From the NCBI GenBank assembly GCA_965217585.1, contig OZ244561.1, positions 3,552,001-3,616,000 on the forward strand: 64,000 bases of DNA. The letters are read 5' to 3'. Shown in pieces: positions 1 to 10,416 of the stretch. The first letter of the stretch is position 1, and each line of letters opens with the position of its first letter. The position numbers and the translations under genes are program-made. Below the pieces are notes generated by a model. The model saw nothing but the letters and a program-made list of their open reading frames with translations. It searched no databases and was not told where the DNA came from. The DNA is from Candidatus Latescibacterota bacterium. GTDB lineage: Bacteria > Latescibacterota > UBA2968 > UBA8231.

Positions 1-71
1 TCGGCGCAGTCGAACTGGAACAACTCGCGCAAAAGCGTCTGGAACTTGGCGAGGGGATTGGTCATACTCAT
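1..71 (-). CDS. 5' end (window-truncated) of a probable Type III R-M Mod-like adenine DNA methyltransferase
   Basis: Reverse strand reads MSMTNPLAKFQTLLRELFQFDCA, resembling the 'LRELFQFD-ADLDFGIYRI' N-terminus of Mod-type MTases; only 23 codons visible. Confidence 0.5.
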   Translation of the reverse strand, partial: MSMTNPLAKFQTLLRELFQFDCA

Positions 72-166
72 CACCTTTTAAGTCAGGGTCAGTCCACTAG
101 TAAGTCGCCTGAAACGGCGTGAAATTCAGCATATTGTGCTTATATCCAAATGCTACCGAATGGCCT

Positions 167-511
167 TCACACGTGCAATTGCAAGTCGAACACGAGTTCC
201 ATATTGGCCCACCACTCGCCCTCTTTGGCCTCGGGCACCTGCTGCTGAAAGGTCCGCATCAGTTCGTCCCACTCCTTCGCTTTGGGGTTTTGCTCGACGT
301 AGCGCGGGAAGTCGCGGGCTGGATCGAATTCGTCAGTGGCGGTCATGTACATGAACATCCGCTGACCCAAGAGAAAGATTTTCATGTCGGTGATGCCGAC
401 CTCGCCTAGCCCCTGAAGCGGCTCGGGCCAGGGATCGGCGTGATATGCTTTGTACTGGGCGATCAGCTCGGGATCGTCCTTCAACTCAATGGTTAGGCCA
501 AAGTGTTGCAT
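167..511 (-). CDS. L-rhamnose mutarotase family protein
   Basis: 114 aa; LKDDPELIAQYKAYHA..WPE, GITDMKIF, EWDELM and MELVFDL motifs. Confidence 0.8.
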   Translation of the reverse strand: MQHFGLTIELKDDPELIAQYKAYHADPWPEPLQGLGEVGITDMKIFLLGQRMFMYMTATDEFDPARDFPRYVEQNPKAKEWDELMRTFQQQVPEAKEGEWWANMELVFDLQLHV

Positions 512-1833
512 TGCGTTTCTCCTTGGTTTTCAGCGCGATAGGCTGCGGCCAAAAGCGACACGGGGTGGACGACGTCCACGGCGACTTGTGCGCGGCGGAC
601 GCCGTACTGGAGTTGGATGGCGCAGCCCGTGTTGCCCGTAGCCACTGCGGTCGCGCCGGTCGCGCACACGTGCGCCATCTTGCGGTCGAGTAGCTGCATA
701 GACAGTTCGGGCTGGGTGATGTTGTAGATGCCGGCGCTGCCGCAGCACCAGTCGGATTCTACCAGCGGCACGAGCTCCAAATTGGGCACGGCTTGGAGCA
801 CCTCGCGCGGGGCCGCGGAAACCCGCTGCCCGTGCTTGAGGTGGCACGACTCGTGGTAGGCGACCTGTTGTGGAGGCATTGCGGCGCGGGGCTGGCGCAA
901 GCCGATGTCGGCAAGCCACTCGTGGACGTCCTTTACTTTTGCGCTCCACGCCGCGGCCCGCTCCGCATAGGTGGGGTCGTCGGCTAGCAAGCGGTCGTAG
1001 TGCTTACAGTGCAAGCCGCAGCCACCGGCGTTGACGACGATTGCGTCCAAGTTCTCGGCATCAAAGGCGTCGATGTTGAGCCGCGCCTGCTGCCGCGCCT
1101 GTTCGACCGCGCCGTTGTGCGCGTGCAGCGAGCCGCAACACGCTTGGCCTTCCGGCAGCAGCACTTGGCAGCCGTTGTGCTGCAAGACGCATATTGTATC
1201 GGCGTTTACCTCGGCAAAGGATATGTCTTGGACGCAGCCGGCCAACAGCGCGACTCGGTAGCGCGGTGTGGGCGGATTCGCCTGCTGCAAACTTTGGCGA
1301 TACAACTGGTCGGTAAAGCGCGGGGAGATCTGCGGTGCCAGCGGCTCCAGGTCCCCCAAGCCAAAGGGCAGCAGCCTGAGGAGGCCGCTGCGGCGCGCCA
1401 GCGTTTGCAGGCCGCTGCGCTGGAATATGCGCAGCAAGCGCGCTACTGCCCGCAGGCGCGTCTGTTTGGCAAAAAGCCAGCCGAGGACCCAACGGCGCAC
1501 AAAATTCCGCACTGTGCCGTCGAGCAAGCCCTGCCGTTCCACTTCGGCGCGTGCATTTTCAAATAGCGCGGCGTAATCCACGCCAGCCGGGCACGCGGTC
1601 TGACAGGCGAGGCAGCCGAGGCAGAAGTACATCTCTTCGGCAAAGGTCTTACTTGCCTCCAACTCGCCATCGGCTATGGCCCGCATCATGGCGATCCGCC
1701 CCCTCGGCGAAGAGCGCTCGTGCAGGGTCGCGTCGTACGTCGGGCAGGTCGGCAGGCAGAGGCCGCAGTGCATGCACTGCTGGAGGACCGAGTAATCCAA
1801 GTCTTGGAGCAAGTTCAGGCCGTCGTCGCTCAA
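493..1833 (-). CDS. glcF: Glycolate oxidase Fe-S subunit (GlcF-like)
   Basis: Two CxxCxxCxxxCP clusters, SPRGRI and two CCG motifs; TTG start at 1833 overlaps the glcD stop. Confidence 0.85.
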   Translation of the reverse strand: MSDDGLNLLQDLDYSVLQQCMHCGLCLPTCPTYDATLHERSSPRGRIAMMRAIADGELEASKTFAEEMYFCLGCLACQTACPAGVDYAALFENARAEVERQGLLDGTVRNFVRRWVLGWLFAKQTRLRAVARLLRIFQRSGLQTLARRSGLLRLLPFGLGDLEPLAPQISPRFTDQLYRQSLQQANPPTPRYRVALLAGCVQDISFAEVNADTICVLQHNGCQVLLPEGQACCGSLHAHNGAVEQARQQARLNIDAFDAENLDAIVVNAGGCGLHCKHYDRLLADDPTYAERAAAWSAKVKDVHEWLADIGLRQPRAAMPPQQVAYHESCHLKHGQRVSAAPREVLQAVPNLELVPLVESDWCCGSAGIYNITQPELSMQLLDRKMAHVCATGATAVATGNTGCAIQLQYGVRRAQVAVDVVHPVSLLAAAYRAENQGETQCNTLA

Positions 1834-3209
1834 TCGAACATATTCCCTGGGTTTAGGATGCCCTTGGGGTCGAAGGCGGTTTTGACCCGCTTGAGAACTT
1901 CCAGCCCCACCGGCCCGAGTTGCCCCGGCAAGTAGGGCTTTTTGGCCAAGCCGACCCCGTGCTCGCCGGTGATGGTGCCGCCCAATGCCACGGCGTGGGC
2001 AAAAACCTCGGCCATGGCCTTTTCGACGCGGGCCATTTCCGCAGCGTCGCGCTCGTCGCACAGGAAGGTGGGGTGCAGGTTGCCGTCGCCGAAATGGCCG
2101 AAGGTCCCCACCCGCACTTGGTGCCGCTGGCCGACCTCCTGCACGTAGGCGACCATGGCCGCTAGCTCGCTGCGCGGCACGGTGACGTCCTCCAGCACGA
2201 CCGTCGGTGCCAGTCGCGCCAGCGCACTAAAGGCCGTGCGTCGGGCTGCGGCAAGCTGTTGGGCTTCTGCTTCTGAAGCGGCTAGCCGCACCGAGCGAGC
2301 GCCGCCCTCGCGGGCAATGGCCTCGATTTGAGCGGCCTGCTCGGCGACCTGCGCCGGGTGCCCATCTACTTCCATCAGCAGCACGGCCGCGCAATCCGTC
2401 GGTAGGCCAATGCCGGCGTGGGCCTCCACGCATTCGATGGTAGTGCGGTCGAGGAATTCGAGAGTGCAGGGGATGATTTTGTGCGCGATGATCGCCGAGA
2501 CCGTGGCCGCCGCCTGCGTCATTTCGTCGTAGAGGCCGAGCAAGGTCTTCTTGCTCGCAGGTGCCGGGACCAGCTTCAGCACGATCTTGGTAATGACCCC
2601 CAGCATTCCCTCAGAGCCGACGAAGAGATCCTTGAGCGTGAACCCCGCCACGTCCTTGACGCATTTGTTGCCGGTTTCCAACACCCGCCCGTCGGCTAAG
2701 ACGACCTCTAGCCCCATCACGTAGTCGCGCGTCACGCCGTATTTTAACCCGCGCAGCCCCCCGGAATTGTTGGCCACATTGCCGCCGATAGTCGAGATCT
2801 TGATCGAGCCGGGATCTGGGGGATAAAATAGGCCAGCGGCTTGGGCCGCGTCGGCGATCTGCTGAGTGAGAACGCCCGGTTGGACGACCATGACCAGGTT
2901 GGCCGCGTCCAACTCTAGGATTTGGTTGAGCCGGACCAAGCAAAGCGCGACCCCTCCTTGCGAGGGCACCGACCCCCCGGCCAACCCAGTGCCCGAGCCG
3001 CGCGGCACCACGGGTACCTCTCGCTGGTTGCACAGGGCCAAGAGTTGAGCTATCTCCTCCCGACTTTCCGGCAACGCCACGCAAGCGGGTCGCTGGTGCA
3101 GCAGAGCGGTCCCGTCGAAGGCATAGACGCTGCAATCCTCGGCCGAGGTCAAAAGCTGATCCTCGCGTAAAAAGGTGCCGAGATCGCTTATTAGGGCGGC
3201 GTGATCCAT
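1830..3209 (-). CDS. glcD: FAD-linked oxidase, glycolate oxidase subunit GlcD-like
   Basis: PRGSGTGLAGG, YPPDPGS, GSEG, HFGDGNLH, GEHGVG, DPKGILNPG. Confidence 0.9.
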   Translation of the reverse strand: MDHAALISDLGTFLREDQLLTSAEDCSVYAFDGTALLHQRPACVALPESREEIAQLLALCNQREVPVVPRGSGTGLAGGSVPSQGGVALCLVRLNQILELDAANLVMVVQPGVLTQQIADAAQAAGLFYPPDPGSIKISTIGGNVANNSGGLRGLKYGVTRDYVMGLEVVLADGRVLETGNKCVKDVAGFTLKDLFVGSEGMLGVITKIVLKLVPAPASKKTLLGLYDEMTQAAATVSAIIAHKIIPCTLEFLDRTTIECVEAHAGIGLPTDCAAVLLMEVDGHPAQVAEQAAQIEAIAREGGARSVRLAASEAEAQQLAAARRTAFSALARLAPTVVLEDVTVPRSELAAMVAYVQEVGQRHQVRVGTFGHFGDGNLHPTFLCDERDAAEMARVEKAMAEVFAHAVALGGTITGEHGVGLAKKPYLPGQLGPVGLEVLKRVKTAFDPKGILNPGNMFD

Positions 3210-3229
3210 TGCAGGCCTGGACGCAGTAG

Positions 3230-4000
3230 CTACAACTCGTCGGACAGGTGCTCGGTGCGGTTGAGATATTTGACGACTGTGGTGCCGCCGGGCGTGAGCG
3301 CGATGCGGGTGATGGCCGTGTTCTCGTGCTCGTAATAGGTGCCGTCGTCCAGTACCTGGTTACCTAGGGCCGAAAGCAACAGGCTCATAAAGCCGCCGTG
3401 GGTCACGAAGCCAATGCGCGTCTCTTCCCCTGCCCGCGCTAGCAAGTCTGCGGCTACGCCGATAGCACGGCGCTGGGCCTGCTGATCCGTTTCCTTGCCC
3501 GCGTCCCACCATCCGTCTTCGCCGACTTCCGCTGACGCGACGCTGGTGGGAAAACGCGCGGCAATTTCCGCCCGCGTCAGGCCGGGATAGCCAACGACTC
3601 CCCGCTCGCCGCCGTGGTCGAGGTAAATGCCACCCATCTCGTGAATAGCTACCCAGATCTCCGACTTCGATTCCATTGCCTGCCCGATCGCTTGCGCTGT
3701 GTGCAGGGTGCGGATCATTGGACTGCAATAAAGCCGATCGAAAAAGGGCCGATCCTCTGCGCGCTCGGCCGGGGCTAAGTGCAACCCTTCTGCTATATAC
3801 GAGGCTACCCGCTCGGCCTGTGCTCGGCCATTAGCGGTCAATTCGGGATCGGCGACGCGCTGGCTGACATCGGCTAGCGCATTGTTGGTGGACTCGCCGT
3901 GGCGGATCAGAAATAGGTCCATGGCATCCTTGACAGTAGTATGGTTATCGATCAGCGCATTGTTGGTGGACTCGCCGTGGCGGATCAGAAGCAAGTCCAT
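3230..4000 (-). CDS. Histidine phosphatase family protein with duplicated N-terminus (alternative start 3922)
   Basis: RHGES twice, SPMIRT, VTHGG, NTAIT. Confidence 0.85.
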   Translation of the reverse strand: MDLLLIRHGESTNNALIDNHTTVKDAMDLFLIRHGESTNNALADVSQRVADPELTANGRAQAERVASYIAEGLHLAPAERAEDRPFFDRLYCSPMIRTLHTAQAIGQAMESKSEIWVAIHEMGGIYLDHGGERGVVGYPGLTRAEIAARFPTSVASAEVGEDGWWDAGKETDQQAQRRAIGVAADLLARAGEETRIGFVTHGGFMSLLLSALGNQVLDDGTYYEHENTAITRIALTPGGTTVVKYLNRTEHLSDEL

Positions 4001-4022
4001 GGCATTCTTGACAGTAGTATGG
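3876..4022. repeat. Direct repeat, 69-bp unit at 78-bp period (3876-3944 and 3954-4022)
   Basis: Aligned by eye with 4 mismatches; each copy holds the ATG, the RHG codons and a TTGACA. Confidence 0.9.
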
Positions 4023-4068
4023 ATAGTGGTTAGTGGTTAATGACCACCTATTTCCCACCACTAATGCT

Positions 4069-5556
4069 ATGGATATTAAAGTAATTCAAGGAGCCATTCA
4101 AGAACAGGACGCGGACGTCCTCGTGGTCAACCTCTTTGCTGGAGCGCGTCCAGGCGGCGCTACGGGCGCGGTTGACCAAGCCCTCGGCGGCCAAATCTCG
4201 GCGGCGATTGACTTAGGCGACTTCGAGGGCAAGGCCGGCCAGACCCTGCTGCTTTACACGCACGGCCAGATCCCAGCACCGCGCGTCCTCGTCGTTGGCT
4301 TAGGCGAGCAGGAGGGCTTTGACCTCGAACGGGCGCGCCGCGCCGCTGGCACGGCCATCGGCACCCTCGGTGGCTTGGGTGCCAAGAGCGCGGCCACCAT
4401 CCTGCACGGCACGGGCGCGGGCAACCTGCCCGTCGAGCCGGCCGCCCAAGCTGTGGCCGAAGCATCGCTGTTGGCGGCCTATCGCTTTGACGAGTACCGA
4501 TCTCACCCCCGCCCGCAGCCGTTGGCCAAGCTGCACATCGTAGAATTTGACTCGACTAAGCTCAAAGAGGCGCGGCGCGGTGTTCGCCGGGGCCGCGCTC
4601 TCGCCGAGGCCACCTGCCTCGCCCGCGACTTGGTCAACCATCCCGGCGGCGAAGTTACACCGGCCTACTTGGCCCGCACGGCCCGCCGCCTAGCCAAAAC
4701 CTACGATCTGCGCTGCCGGGTCTTCGGCGCAAAGGGTTTGGCCGAGCTAGGTATGGACGCCCTGATGGCCGTTGGTCAGGGCAGTGCCAATAAGCCGCGT
4801 TTCATTGTCCTTGAACACGGCCCCCACGAGGGTACTCCGCTGGTATTTGTCGGCAAGGGCATCACCTTCGACAGCGGCGGTCTCTCGCTCAAAACTGTTG
4901 AGGGCATCCGCACGATGAAGACCGACATGTCCGGCGCCGCTGCTGTCTTGGGCGCGATGCAGGCGGTGGCCGCGCTCGGCCTCAAACGGCGGGTCGTCGG
5001 CCTGATTGCCGCTGCCGAGAACATGCCCTCCAGCACCGCCTTCCGCCCCGACGATGTGCTGCGCACCCTCGCCGGCAAGACCATTGAGATCATCAGTACG
5101 GACGCCGAAGGCCGCCTCGTCTTGGCCGACGCACTGGCTTACGCCACCCGCTACGAGCCAACCGCGGTCGTCGATTTGGCTACCCTCACCGGCGCTTGCG
5201 TAATCGCGCTGGGGCATCACGCTTCGGGCCTGTTTGCCAACGACGACGACTTGGCGGATCAGCTGCTCGCCGCCGGGGAGCAGACTGGCGAGCGGCTCTG
5301 GCGTCTGCCGCTGTGGCCCGAGTATCGCGACCAGATCGACAGCGACATTGCCGACATGAAAAACTCAGGCGGTCGGCCAGCAGGTGCCAGTACAGCCGCG
5401 GCGCTTTTGGCCGAGTTCGCCGACTACTCCTGGGCGCACCTCGACATCGCCGGCACCGCTTGGTGCGAAAAGGCCAAACCCTACGTGCCGCGAGGCGGCG
5501 TCGGCATCGGCGTGCGCCTGTTGACCCAACTTGCCCTCGATTGGAGCCCATCATGA
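4069..5556 (+). CDS. pepA: Leucyl aminopeptidase (M17)
   Basis: VGKGITFDSGG, MKTDMSGAA, STDAEGRL, DLATLTGA, WAHLDIAG. Confidence 0.95.
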   Translation: MDIKVIQGAIQEQDADVLVVNLFAGARPGGATGAVDQALGGQISAAIDLGDFEGKAGQTLLLYTHGQIPAPRVLVVGLGEQEGFDLERARRAAGTAIGTLGGLGAKSAATILHGTGAGNLPVEPAAQAVAEASLLAAYRFDEYRSHPRPQPLAKLHIVEFDSTKLKEARRGVRRGRALAEATCLARDLVNHPGGEVTPAYLARTARRLAKTYDLRCRVFGAKGLAELGMDALMAVGQGSANKPRFIVLEHGPHEGTPLVFVGKGITFDSGGLSLKTVEGIRTMKTDMSGAAAVLGAMQAVAALGLKRRVVGLIAAAENMPSSTAFRPDDVLRTLAGKTIEIISTDAEGRLVLADALAYATRYEPTAVVDLATLTGACVIALGHHASGLFANDDDLADQLLAAGEQTGERLWRLPLWPEYRDQIDSDIADMKNSGGRPAGASTAAALLAEFADYSWAHLDIAGTAWCEKAKPYVPRGGVGIGVRLLTQLALDWSPS

Positions 5557-6545
5557 CTATTCGCACGATCCACGTAGGGGCTGGTGGCCGCGGCCGCTGG
5601 CCCCTAAACCGCTTCCGCGACCGCACTGACTTCGAGGCTGTCGCCTTAGTCGATGTTAGTGCAGAAAATCTCGCGGTGGCGCGGGAGACTACCGGCCTAG
5701 GCGAAGAGGCGTGTTTTTCTGCGCTCGCCGACGCCCTGCAAGCCGTCGAAGCCGACGCCGTGGTGGTCATTACACCGCCCGACCTGCACGCCGGTCAATG
5801 TATAGAGGCAGTCCGTGCCGGTAAGCACGTACTGGTCGAAAAGCCTTTCACCAAAGACCTCAGCCAAGCTCGGCAAATCGTCGCTGAGGCAGCCGAGCGT
5901 GGCCTCAAGGTCGCCGTCACCCAGAACGCTCGCTACTATCCGCCGGTCTTGACCATCCGTCGCCTACTGCAAAGCGGCGAATTAGGCCACCCTTCCTTTG
6001 GCCTGATGACCAAATACGGCTGGCGCCCGCGGGTTCACCATTCGGGCGCGGACCAACACGCCTATTTGTGGGAGCGCGGCATCCACGACTTCGACCAGTT
6101 GCGTCACCTGCTCAGCACCGAGCCGCGACGGCTGTTCTGCCACAGTTTCAACCCGCCCTGGAGCCCGTACAGCGGCGGCGCGGCCATCGACGGCTGGATC
6201 GAGTTCCACAACGGCACTACGTTCAATTTCCAATGCACCTTCGCCACCCACAAAGGCGGCTCTAGTTGGCGGCTGGACTGCGAGAAGGGTACGGTCGAAG
6301 AGATCTCCGGCGGCTTGGCGATCCGGCGGCCTGGAGCCGATGCAGACGAGATCGTGCCGATGGACGAAAACCCCCATCCCGAGGAAGTCCTCTTAGACGG
6401 CTTCCGCGACTACGTGCTCAACGACGTGGAGCCGTCCTTCTCCGGCCCGCGCAATTTGGCTACTGTGGGCCTGATCAACGCCTTAGGGGCCTCGTCAGAG
6501 CAAGGCGTGGTAATCGACTTCGACGAATATATGGCCGCCGAATAG
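5553..6545 (+). CDS. Gfo/Idh/MocA family oxidoreductase
   Basis: GAGGRG, KHVLVEKP, GIHDFD; ATGA overlap with pepA. Confidence 0.85.
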   Translation: MTIRTIHVGAGGRGRWPLNRFRDRTDFEAVALVDVSAENLAVARETTGLGEEACFSALADALQAVEADAVVVITPPDLHAGQCIEAVRAGKHVLVEKPFTKDLSQARQIVAEAAERGLKVAVTQNARYYPPVLTIRRLLQSGELGHPSFGLMTKYGWRPRVHHSGADQHAYLWERGIHDFDQLRHLLSTEPRRLFCHSFNPPWSPYSGGAAIDGWIEFHNGTTFNFQCTFATHKGGSSWRLDCEKGTVEEISGGLAIRRPGADADEIVPMDENPHPEEVLLDGFRDYVLNDVEPSFSGPRNLATVGLINALGASSEQGVVIDFDEYMAAE

Positions 6546-6568
6546 AGGGCGTGCCACTGGATAAAGCA

Positions 6569-7591
6569 ATGGACGAACAGACCGCCCGCCGCCTGCACCA
6601 AGACTCCTTAGTCATCGACTCGCACAACGACAGCATCGTCGCTCTGATCCGTCGGGGCATGTCTTTAGACGGAACACAGCGCATTGACTTCCACCAGCGC
6701 GACGGTGCTGTTGCTTATTTGCGCCAGTACCAGTCGCTGGACGACGGCGTTCAGCTCGACTTGCCCAAGGCGCGCGAGGGCGGACTAGACGCGGCGTTTT
6801 TCGCCGTTGACTGCACCCGCCCTTGGGGCAATCACTTGCTCTACTGCATGGACGCCTTGGGCTATTTTTTGCAAGAAGTGGAAGAGTACAGTGGGGGCAT
6901 TGCCGTGGCACGCAGCGCGGCTGATATTGAGCGCGCCCGCGCCGAGGGCCGCCTAGCGGCCATACTGGCGGTGGAAAACAGCGATGCGCTGGAGAAAAGC
7001 CCCTATGTCCTGCCGCTGCTCTACCAACTGGGCGTCCGCGCCATGACCCTCACCCACAGCACCCGCTCTTGGGCCGGAGATGGCTGCGAGGTCGCGGGCG
7101 GCGGCGGCTTGACCGGCTTTGGCCGCCAGCTCCTAGCGCAGATGAACGAGTTGGGCGTGGTCGTCGATGTATCGCATCTCAACGAGCCGGGCTTTTGGGA
7201 CGTGGCCCAAGCGGCTCAAGCTCCTTTTATGGCCACCCATAGCTGCTGCCGCGCCCTCTGCGACCACCCGCGCAACCTCCGCGACGAGCAACTGCGTGCC
7301 CTCGCCGAAAAGGGCGGGGTAGTGAGTATCACCTTTGTCCCGCCCTTTATCGACGCGCACAACCCCACCTTCGACGGCCTGCTCGACCACATTGAGCACG
7401 CGGTCGCCGTCGCTGGCATCGATCACGTCGGCTTGGGGTCGGATTTTGACGGCGGCGGCTTGCTCTTGGAAGATGCGACCTGTCTCCCGGACATTGCGGT
7501 GGGCTTGGTTGCCCGCGGCTATGCCGAAGCCGATGTCCGCAAGATTCTCGGCGCGAACCAGCTCCGGCTCCTGCAACAGGTCATCGGCTGA
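6569..7591 (+). CDS. Membrane dipeptidase (M19) family
   Basis: DSHND, VDVSHL, THS, RNLRDEQ, GLGSDFDG, KILGAN. Confidence 0.9.
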   Translation: MDEQTARRLHQDSLVIDSHNDSIVALIRRGMSLDGTQRIDFHQRDGAVAYLRQYQSLDDGVQLDLPKAREGGLDAAFFAVDCTRPWGNHLLYCMDALGYFLQEVEEYSGGIAVARSAADIERARAEGRLAAILAVENSDALEKSPYVLPLLYQLGVRAMTLTHSTRSWAGDGCEVAGGGGLTGFGRQLLAQMNELGVVVDVSHLNEPGFWDVAQAAQAPFMATHSCCRALCDHPRNLRDEQLRALAEKGGVVSITFVPPFIDAHNPTFDGLLDHIEHAVAVAGIDHVGLGSDFDGGGLLLEDATCLPDIAVGLVARGYAEADVRKILGANQLRLLQQVIG

Positions 7592-9080
7592 GGCCGTAGA
7601 GCGCCCCGAACTTCTCCTGCAAATAGGCGATGAAGTAATCGGCACTCAGCTTCGCGCCCGTCACCTCCTCGACCAATTCGCTGGCCGTCGCCCGTGAGCC
7701 GCGGGCGTGGATTTTCTCGTTGAGCCAAGTTTTGAGCGGCCCGAGTACGCCCCGCGCGATCTGTGCTTCGAGATCGGGCAAGTCCTGGTGGGCTTGGTGA
7801 AAAAACTGGGCCGCGTACAGGTTGCCCAGCGCGTAGGTCGGGAAATAGCCCAGCAGTCCGCAGGACCAGTGCGTGTCTTGGAGTACACCACGGGCGTCGT
7901 CGGGCGGGCGGATGCCTAAGTATTGCTCCATCCGCTCGTTCCACACCGCGGGCAACTCAGCCACGGCAACCCGCTCCTCAATCAGGTCGCACTCCAGTTC
8001 AAAACGCAGCAGGATGTGGAGGTTGTACGTCACCTCGTCGGCCTCTACCCGGATCAGCGAAGGCTCGACTTGATTGACCGCCGCGTAAAAGGCGTCTAGA
8101 TCAACCGCGCTGAGCTGCTGGGGAAAAAGCGCTCGTAGCTTGGGCAGGTAGTGAGTCCAAAAGGCTTTGCTGCGGCCGACCATGTTCTCCCACAGCCGCG
8201 ATTGCGACTCGTGTATCCCCAGCGAGACGCTTGCGCCGGCCGGGGTGCCGCTGGCGGCGGCGGGCAGGCCTTGTTCGTACAGTCCGTGCCCGCCCTCGTG
8301 GATGGTGCCAAAGAGCGCGCCGGGTAGCCAGTCGGCACTGTAGCGCGTCGTCAGCCGCACGTCATCGCGGGACGTGCCCGAGCAAAACGGATGCACTGCC
8401 AAGTCGAGCCGTCCGGCCTGCATGTCGAAGCCCATGTCCGCCAGTACCTGCCGTCCCAAAAGCTCCTGTTGCTCGATGGGGTATTCTTGGTCGAGTACGC
8501 CCCGCGCTGGGTACTGCCCGGTGGCAGCGATTTGTTCGACTAGCGGCACGAGTTGGGCTTTGAGCTGGTCGAAGACCGGGGCAATCTCCTCGGCTCGCGC
8601 ATAAGGCTCGTACTCGTCGAGCAGCGCATTGTACATCGCGCCTTCGTAACCGACCCGCTCGGCCACTTCTCTTTTGAGCGCAACTATTTTCTCCAGCCAA
8701 GGCTGGAAGAGCGCGAAGTCCGATTTTTTGCGCGCCTCGACCCAAGCCTCGTGCCCCAAGGACTCGGTCTGGCTCAGCTCGACGACCAGTTCCTTGGGCA
8801 GCTTGAGCGACCGGCTCTGCTGGCGGTCGATTTCGCGGACGTTGACGGCCGCGTCGCCTGTTAGCTCGGCGTCCTTGAGGTCTGCTACGAGTGCGACCAA
8901 CTCCGGTGCGGTGAGCCGCTCGTGGTACAGACCGGCGAAGGTCCCCAGCGCGCTGGCCCGCATGGCCGCGCCCCGTGGCGGCATGTAGGTCTCTTGATCC
9001 CAGCTCATCAGCCCCTGTGCGTGGCTTATATCGGCCAGTTCGGAGAGCCGTTCTACAAAGATTTCATACGTCCTGCTCAT
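7581..9080 (-). CDS. Carboxypeptidase M32 (Taq-type)
   Basis: HPF, DVRLTTRY, HEGGH, HESQS, IRVEADE, QDTHW, GYFPTY. Confidence 0.95.
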   Translation of the reverse strand: MSRTYEIFVERLSELADISHAQGLMSWDQETYMPPRGAAMRASALGTFAGLYHERLTAPELVALVADLKDAELTGDAAVNVREIDRQQSRSLKLPKELVVELSQTESLGHEAWVEARKKSDFALFQPWLEKIVALKREVAERVGYEGAMYNALLDEYEPYARAEEIAPVFDQLKAQLVPLVEQIAATGQYPARGVLDQEYPIEQQELLGRQVLADMGFDMQAGRLDLAVHPFCSGTSRDDVRLTTRYSADWLPGALFGTIHEGGHGLYEQGLPAAASGTPAGASVSLGIHESQSRLWENMVGRSKAFWTHYLPKLRALFPQQLSAVDLDAFYAAVNQVEPSLIRVEADEVTYNLHILLRFELECDLIEERVAVAELPAVWNERMEQYLGIRPPDDARGVLQDTHWSCGLLGYFPTYALGNLYAAQFFHQAHQDLPDLEAQIARGVLGPLKTWLNEKIHARGSRATASELVEEVTGAKLSADYFIAYLQEKFGALYGLSR

Positions 9081-9186
9081 GGCATTGCCTTTCTTTGGAT
9101 TGGATTAAATTAATGGTTGCTCGTCTGCGAGTTTTTGCGTGTCTTCTGTCAATCAATCTGTGACCCCATCATCCTCGGAGGCCCCC

Positions 9187-10416
9187 ATGAAGATCACTCA
9201 CGCTGAATCCATTGCCCTCAACATCCCATTCTACGCCGAGCACGTCACCCGCGCCATGCAGCGCGCTTCGACCCACGACGAGCGCGTGTGGGTCGTGCGC
9301 TTAGAGACGGACAACGGCCTCGTGGGCTGGGCCGACAACCACGGCCAGCCATCGGTCGATGGCCTCGTCGGGCAAAACCCAGCCAGCCTGATAAACCGCG
9401 ACGATATTGGCTTTGGCCCGCAAGTCGCTTGCCTCGACCTAGTGGGCCAAGACAACGGCGTGCCCGTACACGAACTGCTCGGCGTCAAGCTCCGCGACCG
9501 CTGCCCCATATCTTGGTGGGACATAGATATGCCACCCCAAGACTGGGTCGCCGAGGCCGAGGAATCGCTAAGGCGCGGGTACACCTGCATTAAGATGAAG
9601 GCCCGCCCTTGGCGCGACATCATCGCCCAAACCGATGCGGTCGCCAAGGTCGTCCCAGCCGACTACAAATTCGACGTGGACTTCAACGGCTTCTTGCTCA
9701 ACCAAGCCAAGGCCGAAATCACCCTGCAAAAACTCGACGAAAACCCCAATGTCGGCATGTACGAAAGTCCGTTTTACCTGCACTCGGACGTAGATGGGGC
9801 ACGGATTTTGCGCGAGCGGGTGCGCAAACCCATTGTCGAGCACTACCAAGACCAGTATCTGCGCAACGACTGCTGCGACGGCTTCGTCATCGGCGGCGGC
9901 GCGACCGATACCCGGCGGTCGGCAACCCTCGCGGCCGCCCAGAACAAACCCTTTTGGCTCCAGCTCGTCGGCGCTGGCTTAACCACCACTTATGCGGCGC
10001 ACCTCGGCTCGGTACTCTCGCACGCCCAACTGCCCTATATTACCTGCCACGAGCTGTGGGAGGACGACCTGCTGCAAGAGCCTATCGAGGTCCGCGATGG
10101 CTATATGCCAGTTCCAGACGCGCCTGGCTTGGGCGTCTCCGTGGATGAAGAGGCGATTGCAACCTACCGAGTGGATCCCGCAGAGCCGACGCCCAAGCAC
10201 CACTACTTGGCCCAAAAGCGCATTCTCCGCGTGTACTGGCCGGGCGACAGCAAAGAGCGGGAGTGGGAATTTACTGCGGAAGACCGCTATCAGCGGGCCT
10301 TCTACGCTGGCAACATTCCCGGCTTTGAGCAAGGCGTCGATTTGGAGGTGATTGAGGACGACAACAGCGCGGCCTTCCAAAAGCGGCACGAGGAGCTGGT
10401 GGCGCAAGGGCGCTAG
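9187..10416 (+). CDS. Mandelate racemase/muconate lactonizing enzyme family (enolase superfamily)
   Basis: KMK, DFN and ESP metal-ligand motifs, VPDAPGLGVSVDE. Confidence 0.8.
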   Translation: MKITHAESIALNIPFYAEHVTRAMQRASTHDERVWVVRLETDNGLVGWADNHGQPSVDGLVGQNPASLINRDDIGFGPQVACLDLVGQDNGVPVHELLGVKLRDRCPISWWDIDMPPQDWVAEAEESLRRGYTCIKMKARPWRDIIAQTDAVAKVVPADYKFDVDFNGFLLNQAKAEITLQKLDENPNVGMYESPFYLHSDVDGARILRERVRKPIVEHYQDQYLRNDCCDGFVIGGGATDTRRSATLAAAQNKPFWLQLVGAGLTTTYAAHLGSVLSHAQLPYITCHELWEDDLLQEPIEVRDGYMPVPDAPGLGVSVDEEAIATYRVDPAEPTPKHHYLAQKRILRVYWPGDSKEREWEFTAEDRYQRAFYAGNIPGFEQGVDLEVIEDDNSAAFQKRHEELVAQGR

